NCBI GenBank assembly: GCA_031414955.1
Contig: JANOQV010000109.1
Span: 1-37,290, forward strand
From: Pedosphaera sp.
GTDB taxonomy: Bacteria; Verrucomicrobiota; Verrucomicrobiia; Limisphaerales; SIBH01
DNA: 37,290 nt
Direction of reading: 5' to 3'
A program made the translations under genes and the position numbers. The notes below the pieces were generated by a model that searched no databases, was not told the origin of the DNA, and saw only the letters and a program-made list of their open reading frames with translations. Shown here in pieces: positions 11,101-17,938 of the stretch; positions within the stretch are counted from its first letter, which is position 1; every line of letters starts with the position of its first letter.

Positions 11101-13062
11101 CGTGCTCTGCGGGTTCTTGAAAAAGATCGTCTCGCCCGCCGAACTGAGGCTGAAGCCAAGGTTCGTCTCGTAATAGACCAGGTAGCCATTGGCCGGGATG
11201 ATCGTGCCCGCCGGGATGATGAACTTGTTCGTGTCCGGATCATCGGTCAGCACGCAGCCGGCGAGGTTCACGGAGGTCGCCGAGTAGTTGAACAACTCGA
11301 TGTAATCGAGGTCCGGCAGGTCCGTGTGCGCCAGCAGTTCGTTGATCATCACGTTGCGATACAGATTCGCGCCCGCCGTCTCGTTCGTGCCCGGAGTGCC
11401 GCCGATCACGTCGCTGGCCGACCAGGCGCGGGCATCGACCGTGCCGTAGCTGGGCTTCGCCAGCACCAGTGAAGGCCCGCCGCCATCCGCCGCCGCGGGG
11501 TAGGGCGCGTCGCCGGTGTATTCCATCTCGAACATCACCGCGTCGCGCTTGTTGCGCAGCCGCAACGTGCCGTCGCCGTTCTGCAAAGATCCCGTCCACG
11601 GCCCCAGCACGCCGGTGATTCCGTACAGCGCCTGCACATCGGACGGCATCGCCGCGATGACGACGTAGCTGCGCGCATTCAGGACGAAGTTGCTCGGAAA
11701 GGTGTAATCCACCGCGCCAGAAATCTTGAACCCGCCCATCTCCTCGAACCACGGATTGGAGTTGAAGACCTCAATGAACTCGATGTTGCGCAGGTCGGTG
11801 CGGTTGGTCGGGTGATACATGATCTCCGAGATGATGAATGGCCCGCGCCGCGTGGCCGGGCCGGGTTGCTCGGACGCCGGGCGCAGGTAGCCGATGTCCA
11901 GCGGGCGCGCGTTGATGTTGAAGGTGCGCTGCGTGTTGGGCGCAATGGTGTTCGGCAAATTGGCGCGGTCGCGCACGTTGTTGACCGTCAACGTGTAAGT
12001 CACGTTCGCCGCCATCGGCGTGGTGGTGAGCACAATGGTGCGGGTGTCCACGCCGAAGGTGGCCCCGAGGACCGAGATGCCGTTGTTGATGGTGTAATTC
12101 GCGCTGTTCGCCGCGCTCACCACGTCCACCGCCTCCGAGAACACCACCGTCAGCGAGGTGTTGTCGCCAAGATTGCCCACGGTCGAAACGGTCGGTGGCG
12201 TGGTGTCGGCCACGACCCGCAGCAACGCGTTGGTCGTGGTGTTGGTGCCGGCAAAGTTCAACGCGATGCAGCGGAAGACGCTGCCGCTGTCGGAGAGCGA
12301 GAGCGGGCCGAGCAGCAGGTTGGCGGTGTTTTGTCCGGGGATGTCCGTGCCGTTGCGCTGCCATTGCAGCGTGGCGCTGAAGCTGTGCGTGATGCTCACA
12401 GCGAAGTTGATCGAGTTGCCTTCCACCACCGTCACGTTCGTCGGCTGCAAGGTGAAGATCGGCGCGGTCACACCCACCGGCGTGCAGCGCGCGGCGGGAA
12501 TTGGCAGCGTCGGATCGGCGGGCACTTCCCAGACCCCGCCCGGCAACTGCCAGCGCACGCTGAGGTGGTCGCCGCCGCCGCCCTCGGACTGCAACGCCTC
12601 GATGTAATACTTCTGCCCGGCGGTCAGCGTGATGGGCGCGGACTGCTGGTTCGTCTCCTTGGTCCATTCCCGCCAGGCCGTCCAGGTGGCGACCGAAGCG
12701 ATGCGCTGGCGGTTGGCCGGCGTGGTGTCGGTGCTCAGCCACAATTCGCAGTTGTCATCGCCCGCGATCCAGAACGTGTAGCTGCCCGTGGTCGGCGCCG
12801 TGAGCAGCGCGCGCATCCGGGTGCCGAAATTCTCGATGTTCGGCGAGGTCTGCGGGTAATCCATGTAGCTCGTCAGCACCTCGTCGAAGGAGGGGTAGAG
12901 CGGATAATTCACATTGTTGGTCAGGCCGGGGATGGAGCCGCCGGCGATGCCGGTGAAAATCTCTCGGGTGATCCCGTTGGAAGGCTGCGCCGCCACTTGC
13001 GGCAAAATTGTGAGCAAAGCCGACAGGCAAATGGCCAAGGCCGGCAATCGGTGCAACTTCAT
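5125..13062 (-). CDS. Giant secreted protein (about 2645 aa): PA14, Ig-like, multiple lamin-tail domains, CotH kinase-like domain, cadherin/He_PIG-like repeats, C-terminal sorting-like domain
   Basis: Signal peptide MKLHRLPALAICLSALLTILPQVAAQ at 13062. PA14 (TGSYTFWIAGDDNCELWLS...EGGGGDHLSVRW). Repeated INEIMY/INELLA/INEWLA...EFIE/DYIELFN lamin-tail starts. CotH-like NGDSFSYGGGQNAFMY...WDIDFAFG. Repeats such as ATDPDLPAQQLTYSL. Ends TNTQRLYRIVLRP. Confidence 0.85.
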   Translation of the reverse strand: MKLHRLPALAICLSALLTILPQVAAQPSNGITREIFTGIAGGSIPGLTNNVNYPLYPSFDEVLTSYMDYPQTSPNIENFGTRMRALLTAPTTGSYTFWIAGDDNCELWLSTDTTPANRQRIASVATWTAWREWTKETNQQSAPITLTAGQKYYIEALQSEGGGGDHLSVRWQLPGGVWEVPADPTLPIPAARCTPVGVTAPIFTLQPTNVTVVEGNSINFAVSITHSFSATLQWQRNGTDIPGQNTANLLLGPLSLSDSGSVFRCIALNFAGTNTTTNALLRVVADTTPPTVSTVGNLGDNTSLTVVFSEAVDVVSAANSANYTINNGISVLGATFGVDTRTIVLTTTPMAANVTYTLTVNNVRDRANLPNTIAPNTQRTFNINARPLDIGYLRPASEQPGPATRRGPFIISEIMYHPTNRTDLRNIEFIEVFNSNPWFEEMGGFKISGAVDYTFPSNFVLNARSYVVIAAMPSDVQALYGITGVLGPWTGSLQNGDGTLRLRNKRDAVMFEMEYTGDAPYPAAADGGGPSLVLAKPSYGTVDARAWSASDVIGGTPGTNETAGANLYRNVMINELLAHTDLPDLDYIELFNYSATSVNLAGCVLTDDPDTNKFIIPAGTIIPANGYLVYYETNLGFSLSSAGETIFFKNPQSTRVLDAVRFEGQENGVSTGRAPDGGEEFHRLQTKTPGTNNTAIRAPVVVINEIMYDPASDNSDDEFVELYNPGTNALNVSKWKLKDAVKFTLPNNTVIPAKGYLVLAANAGRLRGNYPGVLSTTNCLGDWEGSLKNSGERIALTMPDETVSTNGLGQPVTNTIHIVMDEVSYRDGGRWGQWAGGGGSSLELRDWRANRRLAPNWADSDESAKSAWVNVEATGVMDNGYENATQLHITLMGAGEVLIDNVEIFAASYGTNIIGNGTFETGTNNWVFQGNHNATSLETTEAYAGTRSLHLRTTGRGDAGANRIRTQLPFTLASGTVNVTLRAKVRWLKGNPNLLLRLRGNYMEAPGYVVTARNLGTPGAINGNATTNAAPAISDVAHWPPLPAASQQVLVTARASDPDGLATMLLSYRIDPVTNFTTVSMTNNGAGYFSAVIPGQAAGAVAAFFIQAADKVSPALGARFPSDAPTRECLVSWGDTAVYGNNTLGLYRFWISQANIARWTAEEKMSNKPKDVTFLYGTNRVVYNAGAWFHGSPYHSPAYDSPVSAGCDYDMGFPSDDKFLGETDINLFRPGNGGGDGTAQAEVHGHWFAKEFGTPFLYHRPVLVRVNSQLRGVFHDAQQPNGDFVEQWYPDDANGELHKIQLGFEFGDTAYGAGEAGYTAIGANFARYTTTGGAYKMARYRQTLPRRSSSVQEFNDYTNLYALVNATLTPAAINTPAYTTVLTNFFDVREWYKVHVTQHLYNNGDSFSYGGGQNAFMYKTENGPWDLLLWDIDFAFGGSATDANLFGIGGADHGPRNDHAPFTRIYWQALIEAANGFMTAGRSDTILDARFNGMTAAGSGVGSPQGIKDFIAARRAYILGQIAANNTAPFDIQNNGGVEFSTGNNLVTLTGRAPLEISRIEVNGIEYQITWTTLTNWSVRVALPPGTNALTVIGYDLYGRAITNATDTINVNVTAPAAPPQDFLVINEIMFDPLVPGAEYVELFNTSSNVSFDLSGWRLDGVDYVFPEGVVMTPRTFFLLAKDQVAFALAHGTNIIPSAFFAGNLQANGETLTLVKPGLTTATDVAIDKVRYDSAPPWTTNANATGSSLQLIDPRQDNSRPGNWFALYHSNLYSPEIITPAQTNAGWRFVSATGIAGPGAGGQQMRLVINLGSGEINGANVALDDISVVAGTNAAVGYNFVRNGDFESTPLLEVPALTNSWHIGTNYTNTLIVGNPVHAGSGALQLVCATFANAQPRVVSQLLSPAPLTNAVHTLSFWFYATSAATNLTVKLLNSGPLNLTTNVSVTYTPSNYVPPILLVAGTNTLSPGTNNQGATNLVPFPNLWINEVQADNLSGILDNNAEREPWIEIFNAGSNTVTLTNLWLTDRYTNLLQWPFPTNVSIGPTQFLIVFCDGQPAPSTNNELHTSFRLPSGSGSLALTRISNNQTQVLDYVNHLAGLDHSYGSFPDGQLFTRQEFYFVTPAATNNGTLPPVVVFINEWLADNIGALADPADGDFEDWFEIYNPGSNAVSLGGYFLTDTLTNKFKYQIPPGYTVPAHGYLLVWADNEPGQNSAARPDLHADFSLAKSGEALGLFTPTGLAIDSVTFGLQTTDLARGRYPDGTGSFYNLTNLTPRAANFYPQPNATPVLSPLSSQTLFENQLVFFVAAANDANLPFQQLTWSLLPGAPPAASIGSTNGTFNWLPGELDGGNAFPISIRVADNGLPPLSATQSFTITVVKTNSHPVLPPVGDQFVTEGSLLAFTVSATDPDLPAQQLTYSLDTKNLPAGPTIDPVTGSFAWTPTEGQGPGIYNLRIRATDNGSPEFSDSFLVAVTVAEANVPPLLDAITNRTAALGENVSFTATAIDSDLPPQLITFDFASPPPSGASIHATNGNFTWVANAVGTNVFSVRATDDGPGALNATRTFEVVVAASELRTSITVSNQIVTLGWNTITGRSYDVEYKNHLSEANWSTLATNLPAPGPALSLADPVGTNTQRLYRIVLRP

Positions 13063-13329
13063 ATTGATTCCGGCCAAACTAGCACCGTCGCCTGCGCCCA
13101 ACCAGAATCTTTCCATTCCTGCGGGGACGTAGTGGAGACGAGCCGTTCCCGCGCCGCCGAGCGGGGACGGCTTGTCCGCCCAGGCCGGCGTGGAATCTCG
13201 CCTCGCCAAAGGAAACAGCAGCCCAAACAGAAGGCTGGCCGCCGCCGGAGCGCGGGCGGTGAGTTCAGCCCAGCTGAGGCGCTGAACATTTTTGTCGCCG
13301 GAATGCGAGCCAGCGCGTCTGCCAAGCTC

Positions 13330-14325
13330 ATGAAATCCAATTTGTCCATCGCCCTCGGTCTCGCTTGGAGTCTGGCTTTGCTGGGCACCTGTCGATCTAA
13401 GGCCGCTGAAAGCTCCGCCACCAAGGCGCAGGTTCTGCCGGGCAAAGGATTGGCGCAGCACGACTTCATGTATGCCGGCGAGTCGAAGCAGCGCCGCGCC
13501 TTTATCGTGCGCAAGGGCCAGGTGGTCTGGTCGTATGACGATCCGACCGGGCGGGGCGAGATCAGCGATGCAGTGTTGCTCTCCAATGGCAACCTGCTGC
13601 TCGCGCATCAATACGCGGTGAAGATGATTTCACCGGAGAAGAAGGTGCTTTGGAATCTCGACGCGTCCAAGGGCACGGAGATCCACACGGCCATGCCCAT
13701 CGGCACCGAGCATGTTCTCTATGTGCAGAACGGCGACCCCGCGCTGGTGAAGGTGGTGAACATCAAGAGCGGCGAGACGAAGAAGGAATTCTCGGTGCCC
13801 GTCGGCAATCCCAAAGGCGTTCACGGACAGTTTCGCCACGGACGCCTCACGTCGCGCGGCACGTTGCTGCTCGCGCACATGGACATGAAAAAGGTTTGCG
13901 AGTACGACGCGAGCGGCAAGGAAGTCAGATCATGGGCAGCCGGGAATCCGTGGGGTGTCACTCCGCTGAAGAACGGGAACATCCTCATCGTGGACCGTCC
14001 GTCCATCCGCGAGGTGACACTGATGGGTGAGACGGTGGCGACAATCACGCCGAGCGCCGACTCGCCGGATTTCAAAATGAACAGCCTGCAACTCGCGTGG
14101 CGTCTGCCGAACGGGAACACGCTCGTGAACAACTGGTTCAACGAGTGGGGTGGGAAGTTGGACCGCATGAACCCGCCCGTGCAAGCGGTGGAGTTCACGC
14201 CCGACAAGCGAATCGTTTGGGTGCTGCGCTCGTGGGAAAACCCCGATCTCGGCCCTGCGACGACCATTCAGATTCTGGATGATGCCGACGCGCCAGAGCA
14301 GGTGAACTTCGGGAGCATCAGGTGA
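13330..14325 (+). CDS. Exported beta-propeller protein (PQQ/arylsulfotransferase-like fold, 331 aa)
   Basis: Signal-like N-terminus MKSNLSIALGLAWSLALLGTC; repeating LSNGNLLL / LKNGNILI / LPNGNTLV and V-W blade motifs. The upstream extension to 11812 is antisense to the giant gene. Confidence 0.75.
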   Translation: MKSNLSIALGLAWSLALLGTCRSKAAESSATKAQVLPGKGLAQHDFMYAGESKQRRAFIVRKGQVVWSYDDPTGRGEISDAVLLSNGNLLLAHQYAVKMISPEKKVLWNLDASKGTEIHTAMPIGTEHVLYVQNGDPALVKVVNIKSGETKKEFSVPVGNPKGVHGQFRHGRLTSRGTLLLAHMDMKKVCEYDASGKEVRSWAAGNPWGVTPLKNGNILIVDRPSIREVTLMGETVATITPSADSPDFKMNSLQLAWRLPNGNTLVNNWFNEWGGKLDRMNPPVQAVEFTPDKRIVWVLRSWENPDLGPATTIQILDDADAPEQVNFGSIR

Positions 14326-14331
14326 CGGTGC

Positions 14332-14406
14332 CGTTCCCTGAAACCTGCCGGGAGGATGCGGCGTCCGTGTAGCCGAGCCATGCTTTTCATGCACGTCCCA
14401 GTTCAC
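14332..14406 (+). promoter_or_regulatory. Duplicated promoter/leader element, copy A (ECF-like TGAAAC-N17-CGTCC followed by a conserved ATG segment)
   Basis: 62/75 nt identical without gaps to 29340-29414; AAC-N17-CGT spacing is typical of ECF sigma promoters. Confidence 0.6.
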
Positions 14407-14589
14407 CGCCTTGAAGCCGATGCTGGCTCGCAGCGTGGTCTCGCTCATCTCGGTGCCAGAAAACTCGGACTTGCCGCGTGTTTCACCGATCCTCAAGATT
14501 CCGCCATGAATCCAACGGCGCACTGTTTCTATGTTCCTATCATCGCCTTGGGCGCTGCCGAACATCCCGTGCTTTCAAAATCACCGTAA
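14380..14589 (+). CDS. Possible leader ORF (69 aa, begins MLFMHVPVH)
   Basis: ATG lies in the conserved part of the duplicated element; N-terminus resembles the 29388 ORF (MLFNHAHVH). Codon usage is not convincing. Confidence 0.25.
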   Translation: MLFMHVPVHRLEADAGSQRGLAHLGARKLGLAACFTDPQDSAMNPTAHCFYVPIIALGAAEHPVLSKSP

Positions 14590-14621
14590 CTAACCAATAA
14601 TCCCAGCCTGTCAGAAATATC

Positions 14622-15191
14622 ATGAACACCACAAAATCCATCCTCACCATCCTCGCCGCCACTTTGGTCAGCGCCCTGCCGCTGCTGGCCCAGCAAAAGA
14701 AGGCGGCCTCCACCGGCGGCAACAGCCCGCATGAAACCACCAGCGCCGTCATTGACGGCAGTCGGGTGACGATCACCTACGGCCGTCCGTTCACCAAGGA
14801 TCCCAAGACGGGCGAGCCGCGCAAAATCTGGGGCGGCCTCGTGCCGTGGGACAAGGCCTGGCGCACCGGCTCCGACGAAGCCACGACGCTCGTCACGCAG
14901 TTGCCGCTCGTCATTGGCGAAACGACGATTCCGGCCGGCGCTTACACCCTCTACGCCGTGCCGTCGGAAAGCGGCGCGTCCAAACTCGCCTTCTCCACCA
15001 AACTCGGCGCCTGGGGCGTGCCCGTGAATGAGAAAAATGATCTGGCCCGCGTGGACCTGAAGAAAGAGCCGCTCGAAAAAGCGGCGGAGCAATTCGCCAT
15101 GGCCGTGGCGAAAAATCCGGCGGGCGGCGGCGTGATCAAACTGATGTGGGAGAACACCCAGTTCTCCGTGGCGTTCACCGTCAAGAAGTAA
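14622..15191 (+). CDS. DUF2911-family exported protein
   Basis: Signal peptide; motifs SPHETT...ITYGRP...RKIWGGLVPWDKAWRTGSDEAT...IPAGAYTLY...LMWENT match DUF2911 as I know it. Confidence 0.85.
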   Translation: MNTTKSILTILAATLVSALPLLAQQKKAASTGGNSPHETTSAVIDGSRVTITYGRPFTKDPKTGEPRKIWGGLVPWDKAWRTGSDEATTLVTQLPLVIGETTIPAGAYTLYAVPSESGASKLAFSTKLGAWGVPVNEKNDLARVDLKKEPLEKAAEQFAMAVAKNPAGGGVIKLMWENTQFSVAFTVKK

Positions 15192-15257
15192 CGCGGTCGC
15201 GGGAAATGTCCTTCGCCGTACCAGAGGGTGCGGCGAATTTTCTGAGTGCGCCTGCGC

Positions 15258-17795
15258 ATGGAAATCATCACTTCACTCCCAAGGCGGAACCGGCGTGCGC
15301 GCTGGTTCCGTTGTTTCGCCGTGGCTGGCTCGTGCTTGCTCGCCTGCTGGCCGGATCGCAGCCGCGCGGCGGAACCACCGCCGGGCGCGGCCATCCTGCA
15401 AGACCTGCGGAGCTTTCGCACGATGGGCACGGTGCTCCACATTGCGGCGCATCCCGATGACGAGAACACGCAACTCATCACCTACCTCGCGCGCGGACGC
15501 GGCTATCGCACCGCCTACCTGTCCATCACGCGCGGCGACGGCGGGCAAAACGAAATCGGCGCTGAGTTCGACGAGAAACTCGGCATCGCCCGCACGCAGG
15601 AACTGATGGCGGCGCGGCGGCTCGATGGGGGCCGGCAGTTCTTCACGCGCGCGATTGATTTCGGATTTTCCAAGACGCCGGAAGAGACGCTGCGTTTCTG
15701 GGATCGGGAGCAGGTGCTGGCCGATGTGGTGCGCGTCATCCGCACCTTCCGGCCCGACGTGATGGTCACGCGCTTCCCCGTTCCGCCCGGCAGCGGCGGG
15801 CATGGACACCACACGGCGTCGGCGATTCTCGCGGTGGAGGCGTTCAAGATTTCTGGCGATGCAACGTTTTTCCCCGAGCAACTCGCGGAAGGATTGAAGC
15901 CGTGGCAGCCGAAGCGCGTGCTTTGGAACGGCGGCGGTGGAGGACGTGGCGGCGCGGTGGCCGGCGGTGCGGTGGTGCGGGTGGACATCGGCGGCAGCGA
16001 TCCGGTCACCGGTGAATCATTCAGCTCCATTGCCGGACGAAGCCGGGGCATGCACAAGACGCAAGGCTTCGGTGGCGGTGGCGGTGGCGGCGGCGGACCG
16101 AATGTGCAGACGTTCACGCTCCTGGCCGGTGCGCCCGCCACCAATGATCTCATGGACGGCGTGGAACTGACCTGGAGCCGCGTCACCGACGGTGCCGAAA
16201 TCGCGCGACTTACAGACGAGGCCATCGCGCAATTCAAGACCAACGATGCTGCGGCCAGCGTCCCGGCACTGCTCGCGATTCGCGCGAAGCTCGTCGCGTT
16301 GCCGTCCGACCCCTTGGTCAAGGACAAGCGCCGGCAGTTGGATGGCCTCGTGCAAAACTGCCTCGGCCTTTCCGTGGCGACGACGGTGCCGGAACCCGAA
16401 GTTGCGCCCGGCGAATCCGTGAAGCTGTTTCACACCGCGACCGTGCGTTCCAGTTTCCCGGTGCGCTCGCTCGGGATACGCTATCCTAGCCTCAAGAGTG
16501 AAATCCTGGGTGCCCCGGCCTTGCAGGTGGACGGGGTGGCCGTTCGCATCATGCCGAACACAGTTACGATTCCTGCCAGCACTCCGCCCACGCAGCCATA
16601 CTGGTTGCGTGAGGAAAGCGCGGCGGGAATTTTCCGCGTTGATGACCGCAAGCTGATCGGTCGCCCGGAGAATCCGCCGGCGTTCCCGGTCGAGTTTGTT
16701 TTCGAGGTCGGCGGACAAACGCTCGTCGTGGCGGATGAACCGGTGTCCACGAAGGACACCGGCCAGCCGCGCCACCTTGCGGTGATTTCGCCGGTGGCCC
16801 TGCACTTTGGTTCCGCCGTCGCGCTGTTCAAGCCGGGCGCGGGCCGGAGCATCGAAGTGGAAGTGACGGCAGCCCGCGCCGCCGTCGAGGGCACGCTGCG
16901 GTTGCAAGTGCCGGCGGAGTGGAGCGTCTCGCCCGCGCAGCAGCCGTTCAAACTTTCCAAGGCGGGCGGGAAAAACAAAATCGCGTTCACGGTCACCGCT
17001 CCGGCGAAGGCGGCATCCGGCAGCATCATGGCCGTGGCTGAAGTCGGCGGCGCGCGCTTCAGCAATCAGCGCATCGAGATTCGCTACGACCACATCCCGC
17101 TCCAGCTTTTGCAGCCATCGGCCAAACTCAAAGTCGCGGCGTTCGATTTTGCGACTCGCGGCCAGGCCGTCGGGTATTTGCCCGGCGCGGGCGACGACAC
17201 GGTGGGCAGTCTCCAACAGTTGGGTTACACCGTCACGACGCTCACCGGCGCGGACCTCACGCCGGAGAAACTGCGTGGACTCGATGCCGTGGTCATCGGC
17301 GTGCGCGCGTTCAACGAGCGCACCGATCTTGCGGCGAATCTGCCGGGGCTTTTTGCCTACGTCACGAATGGCGGCACCGTCATCGCGCAATACAACCGGC
17401 CGAACGGATTGCAGGCTTCACGCCTCGGTCCGTATCCGCTTTCGATAGCCGGCAACGCTCCGCAGTGGCGCGTGACCGACGAGACGGCACCGGTCACGTT
17501 CCTCGCGCCGGAAAACGCCGCATTGACGACACCAAACAAGATTGTCCCCGCCGATTTCAACGGTTGGGTGCAGGAGCGCGGCGCTTATTTCCCCAGCAGC
17601 TTTGATGCGGAGCATTACACGCCGCTCCTGGCGATGAGCGATCCCGGTGAGCAACCGCTCAAGAGCAGCGTGCTCGTGGCCCAGCACGGCAAAGGCTATT
17701 TCGTCTATACCGGCCTGGCGTTTTTCCGGCAGTTGCCGGCGGGCGTGCCTGGAGCCTACCGGCTGTTTGCCAATCTGGTTTCGCTGGGGAAATGA
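15258..17795 (+). CDS. Large PIG-L/LmbE-family Zn-dependent deacetylase/amidase with NEW3-like Ig domain and C-terminal GATase-like fold; probably exported
   Basis: HIAAHPDDE, TRGDGGQN, RTQELMAAR and GHGHH motifs of the PIG-L family; N-terminal signal-like segment. Start is ATG 15258 or GTG 15246. Confidence 0.85.
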   Translation: MEIITSLPRRNRRARWFRCFAVAGSCLLACWPDRSRAAEPPPGAAILQDLRSFRTMGTVLHIAAHPDDENTQLITYLARGRGYRTAYLSITRGDGGQNEIGAEFDEKLGIARTQELMAARRLDGGRQFFTRAIDFGFSKTPEETLRFWDREQVLADVVRVIRTFRPDVMVTRFPVPPGSGGHGHHTASAILAVEAFKISGDATFFPEQLAEGLKPWQPKRVLWNGGGGGRGGAVAGGAVVRVDIGGSDPVTGESFSSIAGRSRGMHKTQGFGGGGGGGGGPNVQTFTLLAGAPATNDLMDGVELTWSRVTDGAEIARLTDEAIAQFKTNDAAASVPALLAIRAKLVALPSDPLVKDKRRQLDGLVQNCLGLSVATTVPEPEVAPGESVKLFHTATVRSSFPVRSLGIRYPSLKSEILGAPALQVDGVAVRIMPNTVTIPASTPPTQPYWLREESAAGIFRVDDRKLIGRPENPPAFPVEFVFEVGGQTLVVADEPVSTKDTGQPRHLAVISPVALHFGSAVALFKPGAGRSIEVEVTAARAAVEGTLRLQVPAEWSVSPAQQPFKLSKAGGKNKIAFTVTAPAKAASGSIMAVAEVGGARFSNQRIEIRYDHIPLQLLQPSAKLKVAAFDFATRGQAVGYLPGAGDDTVGSLQQLGYTVTTLTGADLTPEKLRGLDAVVIGVRAFNERTDLAANLPGLFAYVTNGGTVIAQYNRPNGLQASRLGPYPLSIAGNAPQWRVTDETAPVTFLAPENAALTTPNKIVPADFNGWVQERGAYFPSSFDAEHYTPLLAMSDPGEQPLKSSVLVAQHGKGYFVYTGLAFFRQLPAGVPGAYRLFANLVSLGK

Positions 17796-17938
17796 AACTG
17801 CCTTCTCCCGAACCGGCCGACGATGAATCCCCGGGCGTGCCGGGCTTCCGTACCTGGCGCGGCGTTTACCTCTTCGTGTTCGGCTGCTTCGTGCTCGTGG
17901 TGGTTCTGCTCGCAATCTTCACGCGGGTCTTCGCATGA
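17792..17938 (+). CDS. Small single-TM membrane protein (48 aa), likely accessory subunit of the sodium:solute symporter; absent from the ORF track
   Basis: MKLPSPEPADDESPGVPGFRTWRGVYLFVFGCFVLVVVLLAIFTRVFA; ATGA overlaps at both ends (17792-17795 with the PIG-L stop, 17935-17938 with the symporter start). Confidence 0.8.
   Translation: MKLPSPEPADDESPGVPGFRTWRGVYLFVFGCFVLVVVLLAIFTRVFA

Noticed and set aside
5029..11472. Very long + strand ORFs (5029-9462, 1477 aa; 9478-11472, 664 aa)
   Set aside because: Antisense shadows of the giant gene; high GC3 suppresses stops on the opposite strand and the translations show no motifs.
11812..13329. N-terminal 506 aa of the 837-aa + strand ORF
   Set aside because: Antisense to the giant gene; the credible protein begins at ATG 13330.
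13063..13611. 183-aa N-terminal extension of the giant ORF
   Set aside because: Overlaps the divergent gene at 13330; a clear signal peptide begins at 13062.
15929..16098. GGN runs in the PIG-L gene as phase-variation tracts
   Set aside because: They are mixed-codon, in-frame Gly linkers; slippage would not shift the frame.
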